A DNA stretch of 64,000 bases from Eledone cirrhosa. Taxonomy: Eukaryota. The position numbers and the translations under genes were made by a program. The notes below the pieces were generated by a model. That model had not been told where the DNA came from, did no database searches, and saw only the letters and a list, made by a program, of their open reading frames with translations. The stretch spans positions 308,264,001-308,328,000 of the forward strand of contig OZ024740.1 in assembly GCA_964016885.1 (NCBI GenBank). Reading direction: 5' to 3'. How positions within the stretch are numbered: position 1 is the first letter of the stretch; each line of letters opens with the position of its first letter. Shown here one piece after another: positions 26,754-40,036 of this stretch.

Positions 26754-27202
26754 ATGTATATGTGTGTGTGTGTGTATATATATTTATGTGTATATATCTA
26801 TCTATCTATATATATATATATATATGTGTGTATGTATATCTCTTTATTTATGTATGTTTGAGTTGTGTGTGAGCGTGTGGTTGTATGTGTATGTACATAC
26901 ATGAATATGTGTATGTGTGTGTATATATACGTATATGTATGTGTGTGTGTGTGTATATATATGTGCGTGTATGTATATATATATATATGTGTATATATGT
27001 GTGTATATATATGTATGTATATGTATATATGTATATGTATGTATGTGTGTATGTGTATGTACATATATGTGTATATATATATATGTGTGTTGTGAATATA
27101 TGTATATATATGTGTGTGTATGTATATGTGTCTATGTATTTATATATGTATATGTATGTGTCTCTATATATATATGTATGTATATATATGTATATATATG
27201 TA

Positions 27203-27251
<49 letters not shown>

Positions 27252-27260
27252 CGGTGTGTA
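26490..27260. repeat. Compound (TA)n/(TG)n microsatellite
   Basis: Direct observation. Confidence 0.95.
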
Positions 27261-27475
27261 TTTTATGTATGAGTATATATTTTACTTGTTTATTTCTTTT
27301 TAATATATTTCTTTTTATTTCTAAATTTATAGATACATTTTATAAATAGGCAGTTGTCTGACACCCTTAGTAATTACTGACCCCCTTTACCTACTTCTGC
27401 ATCTAGATGTAAATATATGTGGCAGTGTTTATGTGTGCGCCTTAATATCCATATAGTTATAATAATAATATATAC

Positions 27476-27577
<102 letters not shown>

Positions 27578-27908
27578 TTATGTGTATTTGCGCGTGTGTG
27601 TATGAATGTATGTATATGTGTGTATATATGAATGTATATATGTTTATATACGTATGTGTATTTTATCTGTAGATTATAAACATACAGAGACATTAGCCCT
27701 GAATGTTTGTATTTACATACATTTTTTCGACATGCGTATGCATGTGAACATATATTTTTATGCATATCTGTGAACGAAGTTACTTACATATATACACACA
27801 CCTAACTGTATTTTCTTGATATATTTTTGTGTATTTCATTGGTCAATTTGAACTCTGTTCCCAAACAGACCTGTAATTTTGAATTGTTGTTATTATCAAT
27901 AAATATAT

Positions 27909-28061
27909 TTCATTATTTCTGAAGACGGCATATGTATGTGTTGGTATGTATATTATATTTGATAGTTTGTATAATTTTGTATAATTTTGTACATAGATCT
28001 GTTGAATATGCATGCCAATTCTAACACATATATGTCCTAGAAACGATCGTTAAATAATGAA
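27909..28061 (+). ncRNA. Type I hammerhead ribozyme with ~114-nt stem II in the 3' pseudo-LTR
   Basis: ttcattattt-CTGAAGA-[ggcatatgtatgtgttgg...ctaacacatatatgtcc]-GAAA-cgatcg-TT-aaataatgaa; perfect 10-bp stem I, palindromic stem III, GUU cleavage triplet. Confidence 0.82.
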
Positions 28062-28110
28062 CTTTTTTTGTTTAATATAAGGAACTGTTTCATTGTTTTA
28101 TTCATTATTT

Positions 28111-28254
<144 letters not shown>

Positions 28255-28789
28255 ATGTGTGTACGTGTGCATACTTCCATTTATGTATCAGCTGTGCTAG
28301 GGTGAGAAATAAAATTCTAATTTTATTTTTAATATTCGGCAAGGCCAGCCGTAACTCGCTCCGTATGCAAATGAGGCTACTCAGCCGATGTGTACTTAAG
28401 AAAATACTAAATATTTTCAATCGTTCAACAGGCTGGCAGAGGTAATGACCAAGAAACATGTTGATTGTTCCTCAAAGCCAGTGTTGAACAAACAGGTGAC
28501 AATCGGTCACGGACACAGTACAGCTTCAAATCGGACCATTACAAACGAATCGAAAATTATTATTAATGTTAGATATAACCCATACGTACATATGTATATG
28601 TATATATGTGTATGTATGTATATATATGTGTGTGTACGTGTACATACTTACATCTATGTATCAGCTGTACTAGGGCGAGAAATAAAATTCTAATTTCATT
28701 TTTTTTATAAAGTCGTTTTACACCAGTCTTTGTTTTTACAGAACACAGAAAAAATTGATACTATTTAAAATTAATCTACGGTGTCTATT

Positions 28790-29365
28790 AATTTAGCTGA
28801 TTCAGAATATGAGACAGGAAACAGAAATGTTAAGACAACAAGAAAGACGATCGCAACTTTCTGAAAGTGTACAGAACCCGAGACAGGAAACAAAAAGATT
28901 AAGGCAAGAAGAAAGACTATCGCAACAAACAGAGGTTCAATATGAAAATCACCAAGAGGCAATGAGAGTTGCGATGCAAACTCGACGAGAACAAAGGACT
29001 CTTCAAGGCAGAATCAACTGACTAAGAGCTGTGTTTTCATATGATCCATCGAAGAATTATAGAAATGATCCTAATGTCACGATTGGTAGCATGGATATTA
29101 CACTTGGCATGTGTTGCTTAGGAAGAAATGTCAGACTTCCACTGATAGAGGAGCCTCCAGCTTTTATCCATATACTGCTTACAGACCGTACTAACGAAGC
29201 TAAACACTTCAGTAGCAATGTTATGTGGTATATTGCTGCGTTTCAGATGACGTACTTTGGAGCTGAAAAGATCATACTGACTATGGTTATTTCGCAATAT
29301 TTAAAAGCCAAGACCAATGCTACCATTTAATCGGCAGTTTACTCACTCAGCCTAATAAGGAAGTT

Positions 29366-29434
<69 letters not shown>

Positions 29435-29487
29435 TACAGTCTCACCTCATACTGTGAACCAGACAACACATCCAATACAGTTGTTTT

Positions 29488-29542
<55 letters not shown>

Positions 29543-29652
29543 TACAGTCTCACCTCATACTGTGAACCAGACAACACATCCAATACAGTTGTTTTCTCTA
29601 ATATCCGTCTTCTCTTAACTGTTCTCCCAGGCGAAGTCGGGTACCTCAGCTA

Positions 29653-29653
<1 letters not shown>
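28790..29653 (+). mobile_element. Helitron deletion derivative with degenerate RepHel N-terminal fragment and 3' terminus
   Basis: FSYDP..IGSM..GMCC..V.LP....PP..F..N....AAFQMT.FGA..CYHLIGSL; ends in hairpin cccaggcgaagtcggg then CTAG. Confidence 0.8.
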
Positions 29654-29715
<62 letters not shown>

Positions 29716-29716
<1 letters not shown>

Positions 29717-29753
29717 TAGCTGAGGTACCCGACTTCGCTCGCCTGGGAGAACA
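29716..29753 (-). mobile_element. Isolated Helitron 3' terminus, opposite orientation
   Basis: Near reverse complement of 29620-29653. Confidence 0.7.
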
Positions 29754-29765
29754 TATATATATATA

Positions 29766-29900
29766 TAACGGAGGAAATATGGTAAGGAACCAGGTGGACC
29801 ATAACGCACCAAAGTACTCAATACTTAGGGTAGTAGAGTGGGTAATAGGAACGAGTAGGACCCCGACGGCTGAGCTCAAGCCGTTTCGACGGCTAATTCT
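29766..29900 (-). mobile_element. Family A pseudo-LTR end plus tail
   Basis: Near-identical to 51526-51660; related copies at 49070-49142 and 60020-60134. Confidence 0.8.
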
Positions 29901-31135
29901 GGACTCAATGCCCTTGTGGGCCTATTTATAATTAATTCGCTACATAGAAAAATACCAGGTGTAACCGGAGGATTATATCGTGATGACATGCTTTTACTTA
30001 TAGAAAATAATAGCTGTGAACTAAATAGAAAAAGAAAACAAATTATACAATTTTTTAATTACCTTAATCTAAAAATAGAAATAGAGAATAACCATAGAAT
30101 AGTCAATTTTCTTGATGTAACACTAAATCTCAACACATGTCTTCATTATCCATTTCACAAACTAAATGAGAACTTGAATTATGTCAACTTTAACTCTAAT
30201 CACACCAGATCTGTTAAAAATACTATAGTGAACTCTGTTCAAGAACGAATTTCAAGAATTTCATCTAATAAAAATATATTTGATGAAAAAGCGGAGTATT
30301 ACAACGAAGCATTAGGTAGAGCTGGATATAGAAATAAAATTAAATACATCGATAATAATAATAATAAGCAAACTAACCAAAATAATAACAATTTCAATTA
30401 CGGTAACAACTTTAACAACTATAATAGAAAACATTACAATAATTCCAAAGCCGAAAAAGAAATAGAACTAGAAATATATTATGGTTTGCTCCCCCTTTCT
30501 CACTAAATATTAAAACCCCTATTGCTAAACTATTCTTTAAAGCTCTTGACAAACATAAATATTACTCAATTTTTAATAGACACACTATAAAATTAACTTA
30601 CTCGTCCACCAAAAATTTAGCACAAAATATTAATAGAATTAATAATAGGAATTTAAAACCTAACCAAAATACCAATAATAACCCAAACAATATTCAATTA
30701 AATAACTGTAACTGTAGAAATAAATCTAACTGTCCGTTAAATAACAACTGCTTAGCTAAAAATGTAGTGTACAGTTGTAATGTTAAAACTAATTTAAATT
30801 CATTTAACTATGTTGGTTCCACCTCTACAGAATTTAAATTTCGCTTCAATAATCATAAGAATTCTTTCACAGATCCAAACAAAAAATCTTCAACTTCGCT
30901 ATCTAGCTTACTATGGGACCTAAAACGAGATAATATTAAATATTCGATGAATTGGAATATTATTTCAAAAGCTACTCCTTTTAATTCCTCTTCAGAAAAT
31001 TGTGATCTTTGTATTGAAGAAATATTCTTTATATTAAAGTCCAAAAATTCCCTTAATCTAAGGAACAATTTATTCAGTTGCTGCAGACATAGGTTGAACT
31101 CAACGTTTAAATATAAATATAAATTTAAAATGTAG
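29900..31135 (+). mobile_element. Second Penelope-like (Naiad-type) element, 5'-truncated
   Basis: GGLYRDD, VNFLDVTLNL, SNH, W(F)APPFS, CNCRNKSNCPL..NC, VY..YVG, CDLC and CRH; frameshift near 30455. Confidence 0.9.
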
Positions 31136-32692
31136 TATAATTAATTAAGTAATTTAGTTAATATATGAAACCTGTCGATAAATCATTAGATTCCTTCACC
31201 TTTTTCTTTTTAAACTTTCTTCCTAAATATAAACATGGATATAATAAACTACTCTAAAATGTCTATACTTCCAATGTATTAAATAAAATATACGTAACAT
31301 AAATTTCTATACTAAATATAAGGTTATCTGTAGAATCATTGGGTTTTTTAAATCTTTTAAATTATTTTTATTTATTTGTTTTGATTCTGATAGCTTCTCA
31401 TAACTTTCATAAGTCTACCCTTTCAATATCTTGATTGAGATATACGTAGGATAAATTTCTATACTAAATATATAAAACATATTATTTTAACTTAAGATAC
31501 TCTATAGTGTTTTAAAGATATTTAATGCTTTGATATTTCTAGATTTCTTTTGAATATACTGATATAGTTGCATTTCCAAAATATATTCCTTTGGTATTTT
31601 AAATTTATATTGTTATGCTTATATTTACAAGTTATAATCCTTTAGTAATATATTGATATTTGATTATCTCTATACAAATGCATATGTGTGTATTAACATG
31701 CATATAAAGTCTTATAGGTTTTTTTGTGTTTGTATATATGTCTGTATATATACATGAGCGATGCGGGTGGACGCACGCAAATATTTATTTATACATATGT
31801 ATGTGTATATATGTATGTATATATATCTATGTGGGTAGAGGTATGTTGCAGATATGCATAATATTAAATACATGAATGGTAATCGTATATATGAGGACAT
31901 GAATATTAATCGTATATATTTATGTATATATACTGTGAACTTTTTATAACACAAGGAATGTATAGCAGTGATTAAGAGAAATCATTTACGTTTTGTATGG
32001 CTATATTGTTGGCTTGAGTAAACATAATTTCTATTTTCAGGACGTGCGTATGTGTGTATATATATATATAAACATATATATTTGTATGTCTTTGCATAAG
32101 ATACTGATCTCTATACCAAGGGTACATTTTGAACGATTTAACTTAGATTTTGGTATATTGATCTCAAGTTTTTAAACTAAACATATAGTCATTATTGAAC
32201 AATGTTTAATTTCTCATATTATATATCTATGTCCCATTCATGAATATTGATATTTATATTTTTATTATTCATTTCATATAAATTGTTAACTCAACTTAAT
32301 ATGACATGACGTAAAGTTATCATTGTCTCCCCCTCTCTCTATATAGTATTTCTCTTTCTTGAGTTTTTCTATCTGTATGATGACTTGATATCTCTCTGTT
32401 GCTTTCCTTTGTTTTTCTTATTTCTTTCTTTCTTTTTTATTTCCTCCTATCTTTATTTATCTCTTTCTTTTCTCCATACATTTCTCTCTCTCTCCGATAT
32501 TTCTCCAGGTTTTCTTTCTCTCTCTCCGTCTTTTTTCTTTTTTTTTTCTTTCTCTCCGTCTTTTTCTAATTGTGCTTAACACTATGACTTATTAAAATAA
32601 TATAAACAAATCACTATCCAGACAGCCTCCAAAAGTAATGGTTGCATTTTAAAAGGGTACGTCAAAGCTATTTGTAAAACTGTTAAATATTG

Positions 32693-32757
32693 TATTTTGT
32701 CTGATGAAGGCATACCATAATTTAATGTGGTATCCCTGAAATATGTATAATGAAATA
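32693..32757 (+). ncRNA. Type I hammerhead ribozyme
   Basis: tattttgt-CTGATGA-agg.ataccata/tgtggtat.cct-GAAA-tatgta-TA-atgaaata. Confidence 0.78.
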
Positions 32758-32809
32758 AATATGGTTTTATAAATATAGTTTCCATTTATTAATATCGTAT
32801 ATATATATC

Positions 32810-32891
<82 letters not shown>

Positions 32892-33066
32892 AGAGTAACG
32901 GTGATGTATAGTAATACACATGCACATGTGGGTATGTAGAGAGAATGAGAAATGCAGATTAATAACAATCAGGATAGACAGGGAGACACTGAGAAACACA
33001 GAGGCAGGCATAAAAGCCGAGAGGCAATCAAACAGCGACAGAGAGACAGAACGTTTTGCTACTTAC

Positions 33067-33215
33067 ATGTTCAAACCTCCCGTTACGTCAGTTCTTTTGC
33101 TATCGAAGAAAAATGCTTCAGTTGCTTCAGCAAAGTATTCATGGGAGTTGGCCATAGCATAAGTACCAAGTTTCCACAGCTGCTTCTGGTAGGCATTTCT
33201 GTAAGCCGCGCCAAC
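33067..33215 (-). CDS. Metallopeptidase exon 6: VGAAYRNAYQKQLWKLGTYAMANSHEYFAEATEAFFFDSKRTDVTGGLN
   Basis: tgtag acceptor, gtaagt donor; YA..N..EYFAE third-ligand motif; not in the ORF track. Confidence 0.9.
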
Positions 33216-33879
33216 CTACATGAGTAGAATATGTTGAATGAAAACTCGGACCGCTAAAACAATCCAAAATATCTTCCATATTCATATATGAGAAGAACGG
33301 GTGGTAGACTGGAGTGATTCTGGAAAAGTCAGTGTACGTACCAGCCAGTTTTCATCCTCGGTGACTGGGGAGAGACCCTTTGATTCATTAACAATTAATG
33401 TAGCAAGTGTGTGTGTATGAGAGAGAAAGGGAGGAGGAATGAGAGAGAGAGAGAGAGAGGGAGAGAGAGAGAGTGGCTACTTTCAATCACCCGGTTAAAT
33501 ATTCGGAGGAAAATGTCAATTATTGTATAGTCCAACAAAGATGGACGGCTTTTGAAGTTTCATTCGGAATAGTACAACTGGCTCAAATTTGTCAAAAAAG
33601 AAGTATCCGGCCTTTAACGGTGCACGTGATTGCATATTTACCCGAACACATGTTTATAATAAGAACAGCGCAGTAAACACTATCACTTAAGTAAGCAACG
33701 AAGCATGTCAGAAAATAGACAATACTTAAACATTATGACCACATTCTTAAAACCGACGTCTTAAGGTAGACAGCCTATTGGGATTTACTTAGATTCTGTT
33801 CATGAAATGTTCAGACGACGTTGTTGATAAGCTTATCCACTCCACTGTTATGCTTTTGAAGGTCCAGTAATATTTCAGA

Positions 33880-34060
33880 TAGCTTGGTACAACTTAATAA
33901 AGCTTGATACAAGGCATATTTCAGATGTGTAACTTGGTACAGCTTAGTACAAGCCATATTTCAATACGTAACTTGGTACAAGCCATATTTCAGATGTGTA
34001 ACTTAGTACACTTTAGTACAGCTTGGTACAAGTCACATTTCTATGTGTAACTTGGTACAA
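33880..34060. repeat. Minisatellite of ~30-41-bp units (cttggtacaagccatatttcagatgtgtaa)
   Basis: Direct observation. Confidence 0.8.
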
Positions 34061-34417
34061 AGCCACAAAAGATAGTTGTGCTATTGAGTGGATCGACCTC
34101 TGTACATGACTGACATACATGATACAGAGGTATAGGGGATAAAATACACCCCTCCTTCAGTGGGGGCTAATTTGAGATCAGTACGTAGAGAGCTGAAACT
34201 AAATACTGAGAGGTTTCAATCCGTTACCCTGCTGATTCTGCCTTTCCACTGAAATTAGACGGGGTTACATAAATGACTCTAGCAAAACTGACACTCTATT
34301 TGACTCCGCTCACAAGAGAAGTTGAACCTGGCAGCGGTGGCGGTGGTAGTGGTGGTGGGATCAAGATGATAAAGACGAGGATGATGATGTCAAAGTTACA
34401 TAGCTGAAACTCTTTAC

Positions 34418-34626
34418 CTTATTGCGCCACTGTTTTGGCATATATCTATGAACAAGGTGTCCGAATTCGTGGTTCAGAATATTTTCAGTATGGCCGTATG
34501 GATCACCTGGAGAACATATGACATTTTCAGCTAGAACAACAGACCTGATGTTGGTAAGTCCAGCAATAGACTGCCACTTCCGACCGTCAAAGGTGCACGT
34601 GATGGCACATTTACCGGAACATCTGT
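34418..34626 (-). CDS. Metallopeptidase exon 5 with HEFGH zinc-binding motif
   Basis: RCSGKCAITCTFDGRKW...ENVIC..GDPYGHTENILNHEFGHLVH; ctttag acceptor, gtaaag donor. Confidence 0.9.
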
Positions 34627-34955
34627 CTAAAGAAAACAAGGACAGAACAATGAACGATGTGTTATTTTAGTCAGCAGCGAGGAATGTCAAAAAATGGACA
34701 ATGCATAAACATCATTGACCGTATGGTTATTATAGACGTCTTAAAGTAAACAGTATAACGTAATTTACTTATTCCTAACGAAATTTACTCATTTCTGTTC
34801 ACGAAATGGAATAAGCGTCTCTGCCACGAGAAGAGAATTTGTTGGCTAAGAGATGCTCTGAGTTAAACCTGCCATCTGTAGTCAAATCGCAGAAGAATAG
34901 GGCATGTTTATCGAACTATTTATTTCATTGCTATAGAAGGCATATGATGGCGCAT

Positions 34956-35062
<107 letters not shown>

Positions 35063-35261
35063 CTCCTTCTGGAGTCGTAGAGGCACCGTCATACGGCTGG
35101 TCTAGGGCACTTTTAAACCTGTGGGTGCCCAACCCTCTCCAGGTCAGAACACAGCCGATTTTTTCTATACAGGAAGAATCAACCCCAGCACTGGACTGGC
35201 ACTTTTTTCTATCGACCTCGAAAGGATGAAAGGCAAAGTTATATATATGTATATATATAAT

Positions 35262-35735
35262 AAGGGTTACTGGGATAGTACAGAGTTACTAGGATAGTAC
35301 AGGGTCATTGGGATAGTACAGGGTTATTGGGATAGTACTGGGTTACTGGGATAGTACAGGGTTACTGAGATAGTACAGGGTTATTGGGATAGTACAAGAT
35401 TATTGGGATAGTACTGGGTTACTGGGATAGTACAGGGTTACTGAGATAGTACAGGGTTATTGGGACACCACTGAGTTATTGAAACAGTACTGGGTTATTG
35501 GGATAGTACTGGTTGGTGGGACAGTACTGGGTTAGTGGGACAGTACTGGGTTATTGGGATAGTACAGGGTTACTGGGATAGTACAGGGTTATTGGGATAG
35601 TACAGGGTTATTGGGACACCACTGAGTGATTGAGACAGTACAGGGTTATTGGGATAGTGCAGGGTTACTAGGACAGTACTGGGTTATCGAGATACCACTG
35701 AGTTAATGGGACAGTACTGGGTTAGTGGGACACAG
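35262..35735. repeat. 19-bp minisatellite (agggttattgggatagtac)n
   Basis: About 24 direct units with no unique spacers. Confidence 0.9.
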
Positions 35736-36339
35736 ATAAGCTATTGGTACATTGCTAGGTTATTAGGACATTGTTGGATAACTGGAACATCTTTGAGTGG
35801 GACATCACTGGAACATTGGAACATGAGTGGGTTATTGGAACACGAGTTCCAACAACGTTGGAATACCAATACAACAATACTGACATTTCGTTTTCTTGTA
35901 ATTTATGAAGGGCAAGTGGCTCTGGCGAAGTTTATCCCTCCCTAAAGTACACATACAACAGGCTTTGAACGCAGCGCCGTGAGCTAATGAGACACTCATA
36001 AGCTTTACAGCAGTCCGGTAGAAGCACAGGATCGTTTTAGAGTTACGTAACTGGGTCATATTAACAGTATAAAAGAATGAAGTGTCAATTATAGTCGTCA
36101 CACCATATTGAAGAATACATTTGAAAATATTCAAGTAATTAGTTTTATTTAACTTTAGGGTAAGTTGCCAAGTGGATTGCATTTTAATATTTATTTATTG
36201 ATAATTAGTTCGTTATTTTCTGATGCATATCATTCTATTTTCTCAAGACCGATGTGACAAGAAAGTGTTTTGGAAGGTTAACTGGGCGACAGTGTCAGAG
36301 CATTGCATTCATTATTTGGTATAGATCCCTCATCTAGGA

Positions 36340-36815
36340 CGTCACCTGTTGCCTCACGTTCTCGGCCTCCGGCTTAGTCGCTACGGCCACAAACCCCGGT
36401 ACCGCGGCCCTCTATGCAGAGGAAAAGACGATAAACAAATACCGAGGATTGTCCGCCCGTTTCCTCTTCACACTGTTGAGACCTCAGGCTTACTTGGACC
36501 CGGTAAAGTAAGTTCCTTCGGCCATTGTCCGCGGGAATGCTGTTGTGGTCTAGTCCGCGAGACGCAGCCCCTCTACCGCCGTGCCCTAGGCCGAGAGCCT
36601 ATTCATCCCCCTTCCCCCGCCCCATTCATCTGTGACACTAGAGTTCTTGCCATTCCCCATCCTTCCCGCTTTTCTTTTTTCTTTTTTCTTTTTTATTTTT
36701 TCTTTTTTCTTTTTTCTTTTTTCTTTTTTCTTTTTTCTTTTTTCTTTTTTCTTTTTTCTTTTTTCCACTCTTCTCAATCTAAATTTTCTTTTTTTCTTTT
36801 CCTTTACAAATACTA
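36340..36815 (+). mobile_element. CRE-like non-LTR fragment with T-rich tail
   Basis: VETSGLLG...IVRG motif; shared 3' UTR tgtgacactagag. Confidence 0.6.
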
Positions 36816-37044
36816 AGAAATCATTAATCTACTTATTATTATTACTGTTATATAAATAGATATGAGTTTACTAGGCGTGACACTGTGATTAACAAATCAA
36901 CATGGATTTAATATAGATTTGCTCAAACGAGTAGAAGTTTTCTTTCTTCTCCAAGATCGGTCACAGAAGTAGTCAATGTCGTGTAATCTGATGAGAACTT
37001 TTTTATTCTTCACAAAATGCCAAGATAATGATAAATATACCAAC

Positions 37045-37198
37045 TGTAACACTCTGGATAATCTGCAAGGTTGGCATTTTCAGGGTAAATAGTCGGACCT
37101 TCGGCTGGACTAAAGAGGCCGACGCCTAGTGATCTGGTCAAACCCATAAAGACGTCATTTGGTGAGTATCTGACCATGCGAGAGACAATAAAAGTCGC
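37045..37198 (-). CDS. Metallopeptidase exon 4: ATFIVSRMVRYSPNDVFMGLTRSLGVGLFSPAEGPTIYPENANLADYPECY
   Basis: tttacag acceptor, gttggt donor; phases 0 and 1 match both neighbours. Confidence 0.85.
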
Positions 37199-37829
37199 CT
37201 GTAAAGATAAAATGATAATTTTGTAGTGTTTTGGACATTTTCTTATTCATTGAAGTAAAGTAAGTACAGATATTTGAAAATACCATAGTAAATGCATCCC
37301 TTATAGCATCTAAGCCAATAGAGTTTTGTACTATCAGTCGCTTCACACCACTAAACCGGGATAAGTACCGACCTAACAAGCCTTCTGGCTTGAGACAGAC
37401 TTTAGACCTCCCCCCTAGATCCATTTTTCTCCCCGTTTCTTCCTAATCCCCTTCTACTTTTAAGATGTCTTACTACACACACTCCGCACTAGATATTTCT
37501 TCCGGTCTTCTTTCTCCAAGCTGTATCAATATCAAATGTTTTCTTGCTCCCATTTTTACTACAGTCGCCGACCTAGAGATGTCCATGTTAAACATCAACT
37601 GCATCAATTTCTCCAGTCTCGGAGGATCAGCAAGTGTCATAAACACTCTCCCTTTATCTGATTATCTTTATTTTTTTTCATTTTTTCCTAAAATGGTCTG
37701 TGATAGGAATTGACACCCTTTATGTCAACATCCCTGCAAAATATTCATTAAATTTTAAAAAGAAGAAAAATATATAATGATTTTTTTCATAGCAAAAATG
37801 TTTTTGTTTTTTTTCCATAGCAAGAAAGT

Positions 37830-38295
37830 GTTCTTCTCGGCACTCCGAACGGAATCACCCTCTTTCCATTTGAAGGAGGTAGATCCCTCATCTTGGACGC
37901 CACATGTAGTGACACGTTCTCCGGCTCCAACTTAATCGCTTCGGTTATAAATCACGGTACCGCGGCCCGCTTCACACCGGTCGCCGTCGAGACCTCAGGC
38001 GCACTTGGATCCTGTACTGCCGAGCTCCTCCACAAAATCGGAACGTCATCAGAGTCCCGCGAGTTGGGGTGGCTGTTACAACAGGTGTCGCTGGTCATTG
38101 TCCGCGGGAATGCTTTTGAAGACCTGTTCGCGGGGAGCAGCCCCATTACCGCGGCGCCCTAGGCCCAGAGCCCAACCCCTCACCCTCACTCTCTCCATTT
38201 TCCTGTGATACTAGAGCCCTTGCCTTTCCCTTCCTTTTCGGTTTTAAAAATATTTTCTTATTTTACATTCCATTCTTTCTTCTCAATCTAAAGGT
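37830..38295 (+). mobile_element. CRE-like non-LTR fragment (restriction-like endonuclease C-terminus)
   Basis: DATCSDT...FTPVAVETSGALG...WLLQQVSLVIVRGNA. Confidence 0.75.
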
Positions 38296-38740
38296 AAAAT
38301 GAACTCAAAATTAAATAAACAACTAACTAAACAAAAAAAAAAGAGAGAAAATATTTTTAAAAATGGAAAAGGAAGAATGGGGAGGGATAGCTGAGGGTAG
38401 ATTGCCATACTCTACAAATGTAGGTAAAAAAAAAACAACAAATTTTTTGTCTACCTAAAGAATTTAAGCACTGTAAGTTTGTAGCAGCAAATACTACAGC
38501 GGATTACAGAACACAGAAGCAATTGTATTACTATTAACATTACATTTATCAAGACGTAATCATAAAACTGACCAATCAAAACGCAAACAGAAAACATGCG
38601 TGCAGTACAGCCATTACATCCTGATAGTCGTCTGAAAGATTGACAAGTGAAAACGTTTTTCTCACGTCCGGTGTCACCTAGAATCGTTATCATGACAGCA
38701 TTAAATACGACGCTTGCAGATTGCATAACAAATACCTTAC

Positions 38741-38879
38741 CTTTCGCATGGCTTCCTTACTGACAGTAGATGTTGCAGCTACGGCGATGCTGGGCTGTGA
38801 AGGTTTGTAGGTGTACGTTTTTCCATCATGCGTCACATAATGGTAGCGGAATGACATGCGGTTGCCACTGGATGCTAGC
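38741..38879 (-). CDS. Metallopeptidase exon 3: LASSGNRMSFRYHYVTHDGKTYTYKPSQPSIAVAATSTVSKEAMRK
   Basis: tgtttag acceptor, gtaagg donor; open in the required phase. Confidence 0.82.
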
Positions 38880-39410
38880 CTAAACAGAGATTAAAGTATA
38901 TAAGTTTATATATGTATGTATGTATGAATGTATGTATGCATGTATGTATGTATGTATGTGAGTATGAATGTGTCTACATGCATCAAAGGCCGGAGGAACT
39001 CAGGAGAGTCAACGGCCATCCAACAAAGATTTTTTTTTTTGTGGAGCAAGAAGTTCCTAGTCTTCATTAAGATATCTCTCTGGGAGAAAGTCACTCTCAT
39101 ATAAAACCTGCGACTTCGTTTGCATTCAATAATGTAAACCAGTTATTCTTTTGGGGGTAAATGCATTCGATGTTCAGAGAGTGGAATTGGCTCCGTGCAA
39201 AAGTTTTTCCCACTTAAAAAAGCTTCAAGCACAGGCACTGCTTGATATATGACATTTTTTGCGATGCATGGCATTTCTAGCCATAGGCAAGTCCCAAGTA
39301 GGATTTAAAAGCCATGTCCATGATTTTCATGCTTAAGTATCAAGCGATGGCATTATTCGAAATCGAATTACAGCCATCATATATGTACGTATGCATGTAT
39401 GTATGTATGT

Positions 39411-40003
39411 ATGTCAGGTCACCAGTTGGTGCTACTGGTAACATGTATCCCAGTACAACCTGTCTCATGGTCGGGTCGTTGGCGACTAAACTGACAACCC
39501 CACCAAGGTTTCTTGGTGATGAGGGTGACTTTGGATATCCTGCAGGACTAAAAACAAAACCTGTCAAAGGGCAAAGGAGCTCTTCAGAGTCAATGGCCAT
39601 CCAAAATCACCGGGAGAGATGACCCCTTAGCCTTTGTCAAGGCAGAATTTTGATATAACACCTGCAACCCTGATGGTATTCAATGATGTTGACTTGTTCT
39701 TCTTTTTGGTAAATATCATCTTGGTTAAGAGAGTGGGACTGGCTTTGTGCAGTACCTTTGCTCACTATAAAAGCTTCACGGCACAGGCATTGCTTTATAT
39801 CTGGAGATCTCTCTGCACTTGTCGTCACATGGTACCATGGGCCCAGCACTATGTGTCAATAATTGTCACAAGTGTAGTGTTTGTACCAGAGTTTTCAAGT
39901 CGCTGGCTGGACTAAAAAGTCACACTCGTTCAGCGCATCGGTAGGGCTTCTCCTACATGGATATAAAGTAGTGGCCGTACTCGAAAACGAGTTGGCAGCC
40001 ACC

Positions 40004-40036
<33 letters not shown>

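Noticed and set aside
35262-35735. Regular repeat array resembling CRISPR
   Set aside because: Contiguous 19-bp units with no unique spacers, no cas genes, and a eukaryotic intron context
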